From an uncultured Chloroflexia bacterium (GTDB taxonomy: Bacteria > Chloroflexota > Limnocylindria > Limnocylindrales > CSP1-4), in the NCBI GenBank assembly GCA_963766735.1, contig CAVYBU010000008.1, positions 128,001-192,000 of the forward strand: a stretch of DNA of 64,000 bases, in the 5' to 3' direction. The position numbers and the translations under genes are program-made. Shown one piece after another: positions 49,248-59,036 of this stretch (its first letter is position 1; the number at the start of each line of letters is the position of its first letter). The notes under the pieces were generated by a model that was not told the DNA's origin, searched no databases, and worked only from the letters and a program-made list of their open reading frames with translations.

Positions 49248-50435
49248 CTAGGCCCCCGGGGTTCCGAACCGACCGGGATCCAGCTCGGCGGGTATCGCCG
49301 GCGCGCGGCCGAGGATCAGGTCCGTGACCAGGCGCGCTGACGCCGGTCCAGTCGAGATCCCCCACGGTCCGTGTCCCGCGCAGACGAACAGGTTCCGCTT
49401 GCCCGGAACCAGGCCCACCAGCGGCCGCCCGTCGTCGCTGAGCGGCCGGGCACAGGCGCGGACGCCACGGATCGGTGCCTCCGAGATGGCCGGGAGGAAC
49501 CTGGACGCCCGCACCAGGATCGGTTCGATCCAGGCGGCCGGGTCCGGTTCGAGCGCCAGGTGCGTGGCCCCGATCGATGCGGTCCCGGGCGTCGGGGCGA
49601 CGGTGGGCCTCACCGCGTCGTGCGTGGGCGCCTCGCTCTCCGCCGAGGCTGCGGGGTCGAGCTCCCAGCGCTGCCCGTGGCCGCTTGCCATGGCGATCAT
49701 GTCCGCGGCGGCATCCTCCCCGATCTCATCGACGATGTGCCGGGTCTGCGCCCGCAGCTCGACCTCGACCACGACGCCCCACAGGGGCCGGATGGGAGCC
49801 CAGGCGGCGGTGGGGTCCAGCAGCGCCGGCGTCCATGGCCCGGCGGCGGCCACCACGGCTCCGGCGGCGATCAGCTCGCCGTCGATCCGAACGCCGGCGA
49901 CGCCGTCGCCCTTGATCTCGAGCGTCGCCGCCCGCCCCATTCGAACGACGGTGCCGCGCGCCTCTGCGAGCGTCGCGTAGGCGTAGGTGGACGACGCCGG
50001 TGCGATCGGGTAGCCGAGCTCCGAGCGACATCCCCAGTAGCCTGCCGCGATCCCTGGTTCGGCCTCGCGCAGGGCTGCCTCATCGAGCACCGTCGCCCCG
50101 AGCTCCGGGTAGTACGCCTCGAGCGCCGCCTGCTGCGTGCGCACCGCCCTCTCCGACGTGGATACCTCGAGCAGGCCCGTGGGCCGCTCGCCGATGCGGA
50201 ACGAGCCCGAGCTGCTCGCGAGCTCCCGGTACAACACCACCGTTTCGTGATAGAGCGCGACCATCACCGGGTCGTACGGGTGCCAGACCACGCCCGAGTT
50301 GGCTCCGGACGCACCCGAGGCCAGCCCGTCGCGCTCGACCAGGAGGACGCTGGCACCGGCGGCGGAGAGGAACGCCGCCGCGGACGTCCCGACGATGCCG
50401 CCGCCAACGATGACGACGTCGACCGCCTCACCCAT
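49248..50435 (-). CDS. FAD-dependent oxidoreductase, DAO/sarcosine oxidase beta/glycine oxidase family
   Basis: VVIVGGGIVG, ASGASGANSG, AAGPW, RPLSDDGRPLVG and GHGPWGIS. Confidence 0.85.
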   Translation of the reverse strand: MGEAVDVVIVGGGIVGTSAAAFLSAAGASVLLVERDGLASGASGANSGVVWHPYDPVMVALYHETVVLYRELASSSGSFRIGERPTGLLEVSTSERAVRTQQAALEAYYPELGATVLDEAALREAEPGIAAGYWGCRSELGYPIAPASSTYAYATLAEARGTVVRMGRAATLEIKGDGVAGVRIDGELIAAGAVVAAAGPWTPALLDPTAAWAPIRPLWGVVVEVELRAQTRHIVDEIGEDAAADMIAMASGHGQRWELDPAASAESEAPTHDAVRPTVAPTPGTASIGATHLALEPDPAAWIEPILVRASRFLPAISEAPIRGVRACARPLSDDGRPLVGLVPGKRNLFVCAGHGPWGISTGPASARLVTDLILGRAPAIPAELDPGRFGTPGA

Positions 50436-51894
50436 GCGAACCGGCGCCGGCCTCCCGATCCGCCGTCGCCACGATCCGCGCCAGCTCCGCCGCCGCTCGT
50501 TCGTCCAGTGGCTCGGGCCGGTGCTCCCGGAGCAGCCGGTCCACCGTCGCCAGGGCAACGTCCCGTGGCGGGATCGGCGTCCCGTCCGGCGTGCTGCGGC
50601 CCGTCATGGCCGAGAAGTGCATGGCGCGCAGGCCGTCACGCGTGTGCTGCTGGTACAGGAAGTGGCCGCGCGGCCCAACCTCGCGAATGACGTCCATGGC
50701 CAGCGCCGCCGGGCTCGTGTCAAGCCCCGCGAGGTTGACGCGTACACGCTCGTGGAGGTCGGCGTCGAGCACGATCTGCTCGTGATGGAGGACGGTGCAG
50801 GCGTCCAGCAGCCCCATGCCGCTTCCCGTCTCGGCGCCCAGCAGGCTGCACAGCGTCAGGTTCACCGCGGACTCGGCCGCGACCTGCCAGCCGGGCTCGG
50901 GCGCGTCGGTCCCAAAGACGCCGGCGAGCGTGGGGACGCCCCAGGCGTGCGCCATCTCGACGCCCGCCCCGTAGGCCACCTCGCCCGACATGCTCGTCGT
51001 GAGGAACCCGCCGGTCCGCAGGTTCATGACCCCGGTCATGAGCGAGTGGAACACGGGCGCCCCGGGGTGGACCAGCTGGATCAGGACGAGCGCGGCGATG
51101 ATCTCCGCATCGCCCTGGACCAGAGTTCCGGCGATGGTCGCCGGGCCCGTGGTCCCGCAGTTCGCCATGGACATGAGCCCGACCGGCACGCCCGCCGCGG
51201 CGAAGACCAGCGCTGCCTCCATGCCCTCGTCGTCCTGGGCGAGGGGCGAGATCGCACAGATCAACGATGAGAGCGGCGGCCGGGACCGCATGACACCCTC
51301 GGATCCCGCCAGGACCCGCGCCATCTCCACCGCGTGGCGGGCCTGCGTCGCCCCCATCACCGTCTCGGTCTGGACGTGCTTGATGGTGTTGGTGTACGAG
51401 GCGAGCAGCTCGTGGAGGGGTGCCGTCGCCGGGTGATCGGAGGCGGACACGATCGGCCAGTAGAAGCCCAGCGCGGGCAGGGCGTCGGCCACACGGGCCA
51501 TGTCGGCCACGTCCGCGACGGTGGACGGACGGACCTGACCGGTGACCCGGTCCACGACGCGGATCCCGCTCCCGTCCGTCCCCACGTAGAACGCGGACCC
51601 GTCCAGGAGGAGATCCCAGCCGGCCGTGCGCGCGCCAAGGGTGTACGACCGCGGCGCCCTCGCCATCGCCGCCAGCACGAGATCCGGCGGGAGCCGGACG
51701 ATCCGGCTCCCGTGGTCCACGGTGGCTCCGTGGTCCTCGTACAGCCGGCGGACGCGCCCGGACGGCACGTGGATGCCGACGGTCTCGAGGATCTCGAGCG
51801 TCGCGGCCCGAAGGTCGGCCAGCTGCCCGTCGTCGAGCAGCCGGAGGCGGCGCACGGACCGGATCGGCGCCAGCGGCGGCGTGACCGCAGACAT
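50428..51894 (-). CDS. MttB-superfamily non-pyrrolysine methyltransferase 3
   Basis: ATLEILETVG, GTDGSG, NTIKHVQ, CAISPL, TTGPATIAG and VGPRGHFL. Confidence 0.85.
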   Translation of the reverse strand: MSAVTPPLAPIRSVRRLRLLDDGQLADLRAATLEILETVGIHVPSGRVRRLYEDHGATVDHGSRIVRLPPDLVLAAMARAPRSYTLGARTAGWDLLLDGSAFYVGTDGSGIRVVDRVTGQVRPSTVADVADMARVADALPALGFYWPIVSASDHPATAPLHELLASYTNTIKHVQTETVMGATQARHAVEMARVLAGSEGVMRSRPPLSSLICAISPLAQDDEGMEAALVFAAAGVPVGLMSMANCGTTGPATIAGTLVQGDAEIIAALVLIQLVHPGAPVFHSLMTGVMNLRTGGFLTTSMSGEVAYGAGVEMAHAWGVPTLAGVFGTDAPEPGWQVAAESAVNLTLCSLLGAETGSGMGLLDACTVLHHEQIVLDADLHERVRVNLAGLDTSPAALAMDVIREVGPRGHFLYQQHTRDGLRAMHFSAMTGRSTPDGTPIPPRDVALATVDRLLREHRPEPLDERAAAELARIVATADREAGAGSHG

Positions 51895-51899
51895 GACCG

Positions 51900-53396
51900 T
51901 TACCCGAGCTGGCGCCCGGCGGCTCCGAGGATCCGCGTCAGCTCCGCCTTCTCCGCGGCGCCCAGCGGCTCCGGGTGGTGGTTCGCCCGGACCCACGCCG
52001 CCTTCTCGCGGGCAACCTCGATCGGGTCGCGGTAGCGGCCGTTGACCAGGTCGTGCTCGAGGCCGCGCACGAGCGACGTCCTCATGTGGGTGCGGGTGTG
52101 CTCCTCCGCCAGGAAGTGCCCGCCCGGGCCGACGGCCGCGATCACGTCCAGCGCCAGTGTCTCGTCACTGACGTCCGCTGCCATGAGCGCGTAGCGCGCC
52201 CGCTCGTAGAGCTCGTTGTCGAGGAAGATCCCCTCCGGGTAGAGCAGCGTGTACGTGCGGTCGAGGCCCATGCCCGTGACCAGCTCCGCGCCCGCCAGGC
52301 CGCCCAGGAGCGGGTCCAGCGCGACGTCCGCAGCCGCGAGCCAGGTGCCCGCGGCCGGCGAATCCGTGCCGAAGCACGCGCCCATCGACGGGACGCCCCA
52401 GTGGTGCGCCATCTCGACCGGCGCGTAGCGGATCCGGCCGTCGAGGGAGTACCCGACGTAGTTCCCGGTCCGCGGATCCGCCCAGGCCTTCATGATCGAG
52501 TGGAAGACCGGCGTGCCCGGGTAGGCCAGCTGCAGCAGCACGATGCCGGAGATCACCTCCGCGTCGCCCACCACCAGGGCTCCGGCCGAGGTGGACGGCG
52601 CCGTCGTGCCCAGGGTCGGCATCGAGAGGAAGCCCACCGGGATGCCGGCTTCGGCCATGACCAGCGCGGACTCGAGGCCTGCGTGGTCCTGCGCCAGCGG
52701 CGCGATGGAGCAGATGAGGTTCGAGAAGGCCGGCCTGCTGCGGAGCGCCTCGCGGCTGCCGGCGATGACGGTGGCCATCTCGACGGCGAAGCGGGCCGCC
52801 TCGTCGCCCATGACCATGCCCTGGAAGTGCTTGACGGTGTTGTTGTAGGCGGCGTCCATCTCGTGGAGCTGCGACGTGCGGCCCATGTCCTGGGCGCTCA
52901 CCGTCGCCCACATGAAGCCGATCGACGGCAGGTAGTCGGCCACCCGGGCCATCCGGGCGACGTCCTCCTTGCGCGACGGCCGCTCGAGGCCGGTGTCGGG
53001 GTCGATGGCCGCGACCCCGCAGCCGTCGGTGGTGTAGTAGGAGGTGCCCTCCTCCAGCGCAAGGTCGAAGGCCGGGTTGCGGGCGGCCATCGTGAACTGC
53101 CGCGGGGCGGCGGCCATCGCCTTCCGGACGAGGTCCCGCGGGAACTTCACGATCTGGGTGGCCGCGTCCACCTGCGCCCCGTGATCGCCCAGGATCTCCA
53201 GCGAGCGCTGGTTCGGGAACCGGACCCCGACCGTCTCCAGCACGTGGAGCGTGGCGTCCTGCAACCGGTCGAGCTGCTCGTCCTCGAGGAACCGGACGCG
53301 GCGGGTCGTGCGGATGGGCTCCAGCGGCGGCGTCGGGCTGAAGGTCGCGCCCGTGGTCTCGTCCGTGGGGGTCATGGTCTGATCGTCTCCCGTCAT
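51900..53396 (-). CDS. MttB-superfamily non-pyrrolysine methyltransferase 4
   Basis: ATLHVLETVG, AARNP, TTDGCG, NTVKH, CSIAPL, GTTAPST and VGPGGHFL.EEHT. Confidence 0.85.
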   Translation of the reverse strand: MTGDDQTMTPTDETTGATFSPTPPLEPIRTTRRVRFLEDEQLDRLQDATLHVLETVGVRFPNQRSLEILGDHGAQVDAATQIVKFPRDLVRKAMAAAPRQFTMAARNPAFDLALEEGTSYYTTDGCGVAAIDPDTGLERPSRKEDVARMARVADYLPSIGFMWATVSAQDMGRTSQLHEMDAAYNNTVKHFQGMVMGDEAARFAVEMATVIAGSREALRSRPAFSNLICSIAPLAQDHAGLESALVMAEAGIPVGFLSMPTLGTTAPSTSAGALVVGDAEVISGIVLLQLAYPGTPVFHSIMKAWADPRTGNYVGYSLDGRIRYAPVEMAHHWGVPSMGACFGTDSPAAGTWLAAADVALDPLLGGLAGAELVTGMGLDRTYTLLYPEGIFLDNELYERARYALMAADVSDETLALDVIAAVGPGGHFLAEEHTRTHMRTSLVRGLEHDLVNGRYRDPIEVAREKAAWVRANHHPEPLGAAEKAELTRILGAAGRQLG

Positions 53397-54193
53397 GACT
53401 CGGTGGCTTTCTGGCGAGCCTTCCTCGACTGGTACGAGGTCGCGGCCAGGATCACGATGCCGGTGACGACCACGATGATCGTCGAGATCGCGTTGATCTC
53501 CGGGGTCACGCCGAACCGGATGCGCGAGTAGATGTAGAGCGGCAGGGTCGAGGATCCGACGCCCGCGTTGAACGAGGTGATGATCAGGTCGTCGAACGAC
53601 AGAGCGAATGCGATGAGGGCGCCGGCGAGAACAGCCGGCGTGATCAGGGGCAGCGTCACATGCAGGAACGCGGCGCGCGGCGTGGCACCCAGGTCCCGGG
53701 CAGCCTCCTCCATTCGCGGGTCAAGGGAGATCGCCCGCGACCGCACGATGATCGCGACGTAGCTGATCGAGAAGGCGATGTGGGCGACGGCGATCTGGAG
53801 GATCGACCCGTTGGCGCCGAACAGGACGGCGAAGAACAGCAGCAGGCTGATGCCGATGACGACCTCGGGCGTCACCATCGGCAGCAGGATGAGCGCGTCG
53901 GAGGCGCCCGCCGCCCGGCTGGACCGGATCCGGGCGAGGCCCAGGCCCAGCAGCGTGCCGAGCATGGTCGTGACGATCACCGAGATCAACGCGACCTGCA
54001 GAGTCACGCCGAGGGCGGACAGCAGGGCATCGTTGCCGAACAGCTCCGGGTACCACTTGAGGGTGAAGCCGCGCCAGGCAAAGTTGCGCTTCGAATCGTT
54101 GAACGAGAACAGGATGAGGATGACGATCGGCGCGAACAGGAACGCGTAGACGGCGTACGCGAAGCCGGTGAGGATCGGGTTGCGCGCCCGCAT
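53393..54193 (-). CDS. potC: Polyamine-type ABC permease (PotC-like)
   Basis: FSFN, EEAARDLGA, SFDD, TLP and GVTPEINAIS. Confidence 0.85.
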   Translation of the reverse strand: MRARNPILTGFAYAVYAFLFAPIVILILFSFNDSKRNFAWRGFTLKWYPELFGNDALLSALGVTLQVALISVIVTTMLGTLLGLGLARIRSSRAAGASDALILLPMVTPEVVIGISLLLFFAVLFGANGSILQIAVAHIAFSISYVAIIVRSRAISLDPRMEEAARDLGATPRAAFLHVTLPLITPAVLAGALIAFALSFDDLIITSFNAGVGSSTLPLYIYSRIRFGVTPEINAISTIIVVVTGIVILAATSYQSRKARQKATES

Positions 54194-55038
54194 CAGCCGA
54201 TCACCTCGCGGCGGAGGAAGCGCAGCCCGGCGAGCATGCCCGCGATCGTGACCAGGATCAGCAGGAACCCGAGCGCCGCCCCGAATGGCCAGTCTCGGGC
54301 GGACATGAACAGCACCTGGATGATCTTGGCGATCGTGGTGGTCTGGGCACCACCAAGCAGGTCGGGGGTCACGAAGTCGCCGATCGCCGGGATGAAGGTG
54401 AGGATCGCGGCGGCGATGATCCCGGGCATGGTCAGCGGCAGCGTCACGTGGAAGAACGCCGCGCGGCCGCTGGCATACAGGTCGCGGGCGGCGTGAACGA
54501 GCGCCGGGTCCAGGCGGTCGATCGAGACGTAGAGGGGCAGGATCGCGAACGGCAGGAAGCCGTAGGTCATGCCCAGGACGACGGCCAGGTCCGTGTTCAG
54601 GAGCTGGACCGGCTCGCCGACCCCCATCGCCCCCAGCAGGGAGTTCACGACGCCGTTGTCACGCAGGATGATCATCCAGGCGTAGGTCCGGATCACGAAG
54701 CTCGTCCAGAACGGCAGCATGACCAGCACGATCAGCAGGGTCTTGCGCCGGCCGCCGTAGCGACTGATCCAGTACGCCACCGGGTAGGCGATGGCGATCG
54801 AGAAGATCGTGGTCAATGACGCGTACTTGAGCGAGTTGACGGCTGTCGGCAGGAAGTCGGGCTCCAGGGCCCGCCGGTAGTTCTGGAGCCCGAACCCCTC
54901 GAACAGGACGCCGCCGTACTGGTCGCGAGTCGCCAGGCTCACGATGAAGATCACCGCCAGCGGCGCGAGGAAGAAGACAAGCAGCCACGAGAGGCCGGGC
55001 GCGAACAGGGCCGCGTCGCGGAACCGCTGCTGACCCAC
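54193..55038 (-). CDS. potB: Polyamine-type ABC permease (PotB-like)
   Basis: LPFWTSFVIRTYAW, AARDLYA and RDWPFGAA. Confidence 0.85.
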   Translation of the reverse strand: MGQQRFRDAALFAPGLSWLLVFFLAPLAVIFIVSLATRDQYGGVLFEGFGLQNYRRALEPDFLPTAVNSLKYASLTTIFSIAIAYPVAYWISRYGGRRKTLLIVLVMLPFWTSFVIRTYAWMIILRDNGVVNSLLGAMGVGEPVQLLNTDLAVVLGMTYGFLPFAILPLYVSIDRLDPALVHAARDLYASGRAAFFHVTLPLTMPGIIAAAILTFIPAIGDFVTPDLLGGAQTTTIAKIIQVLFMSARDWPFGAALGFLLILVTIAGMLAGLRFLRREVIG

Positions 55039-55075
55039 GGTCGATCGGGGCGTGGTGGCTCGTCGTCGCCGGCGG

Positions 55076-56266
55076 TCAGCCGCCCGCCCGCAGCGTCGTC
55101 CAGCGATCCGAGTACTTCTGCTCGTCGGCCCCGAGGTCCAGGATCTCCTGGAGCTTCGCGACCAGTTCCGGGGTGGGGTTCACGGTCGGGTCAGCCAGGA
55201 TCTCCGGGTCGATGTAGGCCTTGGCGGCCTCGTTGGGGCCCATGTAGCCGATGTAGTTGGTGTTCGCGGCGGCGACCTCGGCGTCGAGCATGAAGTTGAT
55301 GAACGCGTGGGCCGCGATCGGGTGCTGTGCGCCGGCCAGCAGGACCATCGTGTCCGAGCCCCGGACCCCACCTTCCTCCGGGATGTAGTAGGTGACGGTG
55401 TCGCGCTCCTCCTGGACCTGGTAGACGTCCGCGCCCCAGGCCTGCATGAGCCAGACGTCGCCGGTGGACAGGACGCCGATGTCGTCCGTCGTGTACGTGC
55501 GCAGGAGCGGCTGCTGCTGCTGCAGCAGGGCCAGCGCCTCGTCAAGCTCCGCATCACTCGTCGTGTTGGCGCTGTAGCCGAGGATGATCAGGGCGGCCGC
55601 GAACGCCTCGCGCATGTCGTCGAGCATGGCCATCTTGCCCGACCACTGCTCGTCCCAGAGGGCCTTGTAGGAGGTCAGCTCGTCCTTGATCTTGGCGGTG
55701 TCGTAGGCGACCCCGGTGGTCCACCACATGTACGGCATGGAGTGCTGGTTGCCGGGGTCATAGCCCGGGTTCTGCCATTCCGCGCCCAGGTTGACGGCGT
55801 TCGGCAACAGGCTCAGGTCGAGGGGCAGGATGAGGTTCCGATCGAGGTAGCCCTTGATGTACGTCGAGGTGGGGAACGTCACGTCGTAGCCGCTGTTCCC
55901 GGTCGCGATCTTCGCGCCTTGAGTCTCCGCGCTGTCGAAGAAGTCGTAGGTGACCTTGATCCCGGTCTGGTCCTGGAACTTGCCGATCGTCTCCTCGCCG
56001 ATGTAGTCCGCCCAGTTGTAGATGTAGAGCTCGCCTTCCGGCTTGGGAACCGGCGTCGGCTCGGCTGTCGGCTCGGTCGTCGGCCCACCCGTCGGGCCAG
56101 GCGTCGCGGCGGGCGGCGAGGTCGGGTCCGGCGACGCCGCTCCGGCGGCGCACGCGGCCAGGGTCGGACCGAACGCCGCTGCGGCGCCGACACCGGCCAT
56201 GCCACGGAGGATCGTGCGGCGGCTCATCGGACGCCGCGGCCGGTAGATCTGGTCGAACTGACTCAT
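55076..56266 (-). CDS. potD: Spermidine/putrescine-type ABC substrate-binding lipoprotein (Tat)
   Basis: SRRTIL, LAAC, IYNWADYI, TGIKVTYD, PYMWWTTG and IPEEG. Confidence 0.85.
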   Translation of the reverse strand: MSQFDQIYRPRRPMSRRTILRGMAGVGAAAAFGPTLAACAAGAASPDPTSPPAATPGPTGGPTTEPTAEPTPVPKPEGELYIYNWADYIGEETIGKFQDQTGIKVTYDFFDSAETQGAKIATGNSGYDVTFPTSTYIKGYLDRNLILPLDLSLLPNAVNLGAEWQNPGYDPGNQHSMPYMWWTTGVAYDTAKIKDELTSYKALWDEQWSGKMAMLDDMREAFAAALIILGYSANTTSDAELDEALALLQQQQPLLRTYTTDDIGVLSTGDVWLMQAWGADVYQVQEERDTVTYYIPEEGGVRGSDTMVLLAGAQHPIAAHAFINFMLDAEVAAANTNYIGYMGPNEAAKAYIDPEILADPTVNPTPELVAKLQEILDLGADEQKYSDRWTTLRAGG

Positions 56267-57399
56267 CGTCGTTCCTCCTCCTTCGTCTGCGTCTCGGCGG
56301 CACGCTCGATGACGAGCACGTCCGAGGGTTCCCAGTCGAGCCTGACCCGGTCCCCCTGGGCCGGTCGCTCAGCCGATCGCGGTACGACGACACTCAGCAC
56401 GAGGCCGCCGTCCGTCCGGACCTGGTGGCTCACCGACGTCCCCAGGTAGGCGCTCTGCAGCACACGGCCGCGGAGCGCCGGCACGGGTCCGTCGGCCTCC
56501 ATGGATTGGTCGTCCGGGACGATGGTGATCGCCTCCGGGCGGATGGCAAGGTCGACGGCCGTCCCCACGGCTACCCCTCCGGCGGCCACGCAGCGCTCTC
56601 CGCCGTCCAGCCGCACCACGACCGCGCCGGGTTCCTTGGCTTCGATGGTCCCGGCCAGCAGATTGCTGGTGCCGATGAAGCCGGCGACGAACTGCGTGGC
56701 GGGCCGGTCGTAGAGCTCCTCGGGCGAGCCCAGCTGCTCGACGCGCCCGACGCGCATCACGGCGATCCGGTCCGAGAGGGCCAGCGCCTCCTCCTGGTCA
56801 TGGGTCACGTAGATGAACGTGATGCCCACCTCGAGCTGGATGCGCTTGAGCTCGACCTGGAGCTGCCGCCGGAGCTTGAGGTCCAGCGCACCCAGCGGCT
56901 CGTCCAGGAGCAGGACCGTCGGCTCGCACACCAGCGCCCGGGCGAGAGCGACGCGCTGTTGCTGGCCGCCCGAGAGCTGGTCCGGCTTGCGACCCCCGAA
57001 GTCGGGGAGGCGGACGAGCTCCAGGGCGGCGCCGACGCGGCGCGAGATCTCGGGCTTGTCCGTGCCCCGGCGCCGAAGGCCGAACGCGACGTTCTCGAAC
57101 ACCGTGAGGTGCGGGAAGAGCGCGTAGCTCTGGAAGACCATGTTGACCGGGCGCCGCTCGGGCGGTTCCTGCGTGATGTCCTGGCCCCGGAGCAGGATCT
57201 GCCCGCCGGTCGGCATCTCGAAGCCGCCGATCATGCGCAGAGTGGTGGTCTTGCCGCAGCCGGACGGCCCGAGGAGTGAGAAGAACTCGCCCGCCCGGAT
57301 GTCGATGGAGACGCCGTCCACCGCGGTGACCTCGCCGAAGGTCTTGCGGAGGTCAACCAGCCGCACGTCGGCTGCAGTGTCATCGCGTCTCGCCGGCAT
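56263..57399 (-). CDS. potA: Polyamine ABC transporter ATP-binding subunit
   Basis: GPSGCGKT, LSGGQQQRVALARAL, DEPLGALD and THDQEEA; start ATG 57399. Confidence 0.85.
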   Translation of the reverse strand: MPARRDDTAADVRLVDLRKTFGEVTAVDGVSIDIRAGEFFSLLGPSGCGKTTTLRMIGGFEMPTGGQILLRGQDITQEPPERRPVNMVFQSYALFPHLTVFENVAFGLRRRGTDKPEISRRVGAALELVRLPDFGGRKPDQLSGGQQQRVALARALVCEPTVLLLDEPLGALDLKLRRQLQVELKRIQLEVGITFIYVTHDQEEALALSDRIAVMRVGRVEQLGSPEELYDRPATQFVAGFIGTSNLLAGTIEAKEPGAVVVRLDGGERCVAAGGVAVGTAVDLAIRPEAITIVPDDQSMEADGPVPALRGRVLQSAYLGTSVSHQVRTDGGLVLSVVVPRSAERPAQGDRVRLDWEPSDVLVIERAAETQTKEEERR

Positions 57400-57628
57400 C
57401 GTCCCCAACGCGCATCCTCGTCCAGTCGGTCGTCGGCGAGAGGTGTTCCGCGCCGGCGGCCGGTCGTCATGTCTGCTGGATGGGGAGGTTGCGACCGGGG
57501 ACGCCGGCGCTGCAACGGCCATTCGGCAGGGGTCGACCGCACCCCGGAGTCTGGGCGATCGAGCGCCGAACAGACGGCCCGTCCCGCATGGTGCGCCACG
57601 GGTTTCCCCGGCCTGCGATCATCGCGCC

Positions 57629-59023
57629 ATGCCGGAGCAGCTCATTCAGCCATCCACGCACCCCCCGAGCGTCGAGCGGATCCTTGTCCTCGTGCGCGAC
57701 GCGGCGGAGGTCTCCGAGCCGGCCGCCCTGAGCGCGCTGGTCCGCGAGGTCATCGACGAGGAGCGGCGGCGGCTGGGGGCGGGCGCGCCGCCCACAGCCG
57801 AGGGCGACCTGGCGGACGCGGTCCTGGCCCGCCTGGACGACCTGTCCGATCCGGCCCTGACGATCCCGCCGAGCGTGATCAACGCGACGGGCATCGTGCT
57901 GCACACGAACCTCGGGCGGGCGCCGTGGCCCCTGGCCGCCCGGGCAGCAGCGCTCGCCGCAGCCCGCTCGTACGGCTACCTGGAGCTGGACGAGGGAACC
58001 GGGCGTCGCGGCGCGCGGTTCCGGGTGGCCGAGGAGCACCTGGTTGCGCTGACGGGTGCCGAGGACGCGATGGTCGTCACCAACAACGCGGCTGCGCTGC
58101 TGCTGGCCGTGGGGCTTGTGGGGCGACGAGGCTCGGTGGTGGTGTCGCGCGGGGAGCTGGTGGAGATCGGTGGCGGGGTGCGAATCCCGGAGATTGTCGC
58201 GCGCGCCGGGGCTCGCCTGGTCGAGGTGGGGACGACGAACCGGACCCGAGCAGCGGACTTCGAGACTCCGCTGGCGGAGGGGCGCGCTTCGGCGGTCCTG
58301 CGGGTCCACCCATCGAACTTCGCGCAGTCCGGGTTCACGGAGGCAGCCGACCTGGCGGAGACGGCCGAGTTCGCCCGCAAGCACGGCGCGATCGTCATCG
58401 ACGACCTGGGGTCCGGTGCGCTCCTCGACACCGCCCTCTTCGGCCTGGCGCACGAGCCGACGCCCACGGAGCGGCTTGCGGCGGGCGCCGACCTGGTCCT
58501 GTTCAGTGGCGACAAGCTGGTCGGCGGGCCGCAGGCGGGGCTGCTTGTCGGCCGGGCGGACCTGGTGGCCAGGCTGAGGCGGGATCCACTGGCACGGGCG
58601 ATCCGCGCGGACAAGGCGATCCTCGCCGGGGTCGCGGCGACGCTGGCGATCTACCGTGCCGGGCGCGCGGCGCTGGACATCCCCGTCTGGCGGACGATCT
58701 CGATCGAGGCCGAGGCGTTACGGGCGCGGGCGGAGTGGGTTCGCGGCGCCGCCGCCGCGGCCGGGCGAGCCGATGTCTCGGTGGTGCCGCTCGAGTCGCC
58801 GGTGGGGGGCGGCTCGCTGCCGGGGCAGGTCCTGCCGTCGTTCGGGGTGTCGGTGCCGGCGGCGTCACCGTCACGGGCTGCCGCGGCCCTGCGTCGGGAG
58901 CCGGACCGGATCCTGGCCCGCATCGTCGACGGTGCGGTTGTGTTCGACCTTCGCACGGTTCCCGCGTTCGCCGACGACGTCATCGTGCGGCGGCTCGCGG
59001 ACGTTCCGCCGCCGCGCTCGTGA
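57629..59023 (+). CDS. selA: L-seryl-tRNA(Sec) selenium transferase
   Basis: VINATGIVLHTNLGRAP, NNAAA, SRGELVEIGG, EVGTTNRT, HPSNF, DLGSG and FSGDKLVGGPQAG. Confidence 0.95.
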   Translation: MPEQLIQPSTHPPSVERILVLVRDAAEVSEPAALSALVREVIDEERRRLGAGAPPTAEGDLADAVLARLDDLSDPALTIPPSVINATGIVLHTNLGRAPWPLAARAAALAAARSYGYLELDEGTGRRGARFRVAEEHLVALTGAEDAMVVTNNAAALLLAVGLVGRRGSVVVSRGELVEIGGGVRIPEIVARAGARLVEVGTTNRTRAADFETPLAEGRASAVLRVHPSNFAQSGFTEAADLAETAEFARKHGAIVIDDLGSGALLDTALFGLAHEPTPTERLAAGADLVLFSGDKLVGGPQAGLLVGRADLVARLRRDPLARAIRADKAILAGVAATLAIYRAGRAALDIPVWRTISIEAEALRARAEWVRGAAAAAGRADVSVVPLESPVGGGSLPGQVLPSFGVSVPAASPSRAAAALRREPDRILARIVDGAVVFDLRTVPAFADDVIVRRLADVPPPRS

Positions 59024-59036
59024 CCCCGCCCGCGTC

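Noticed and set aside
49076-49250. Genomic island integrated at tRNA-Sec
   Set aside because: No integrase, transposase or duplicated tRNA 3' end found in the window.
44279-53396. Pyrrolysine-containing trimethylamine methyltransferases
   Set aside because: All four ORFs are uninterrupted, with no in-frame TAG and no pyl genes.
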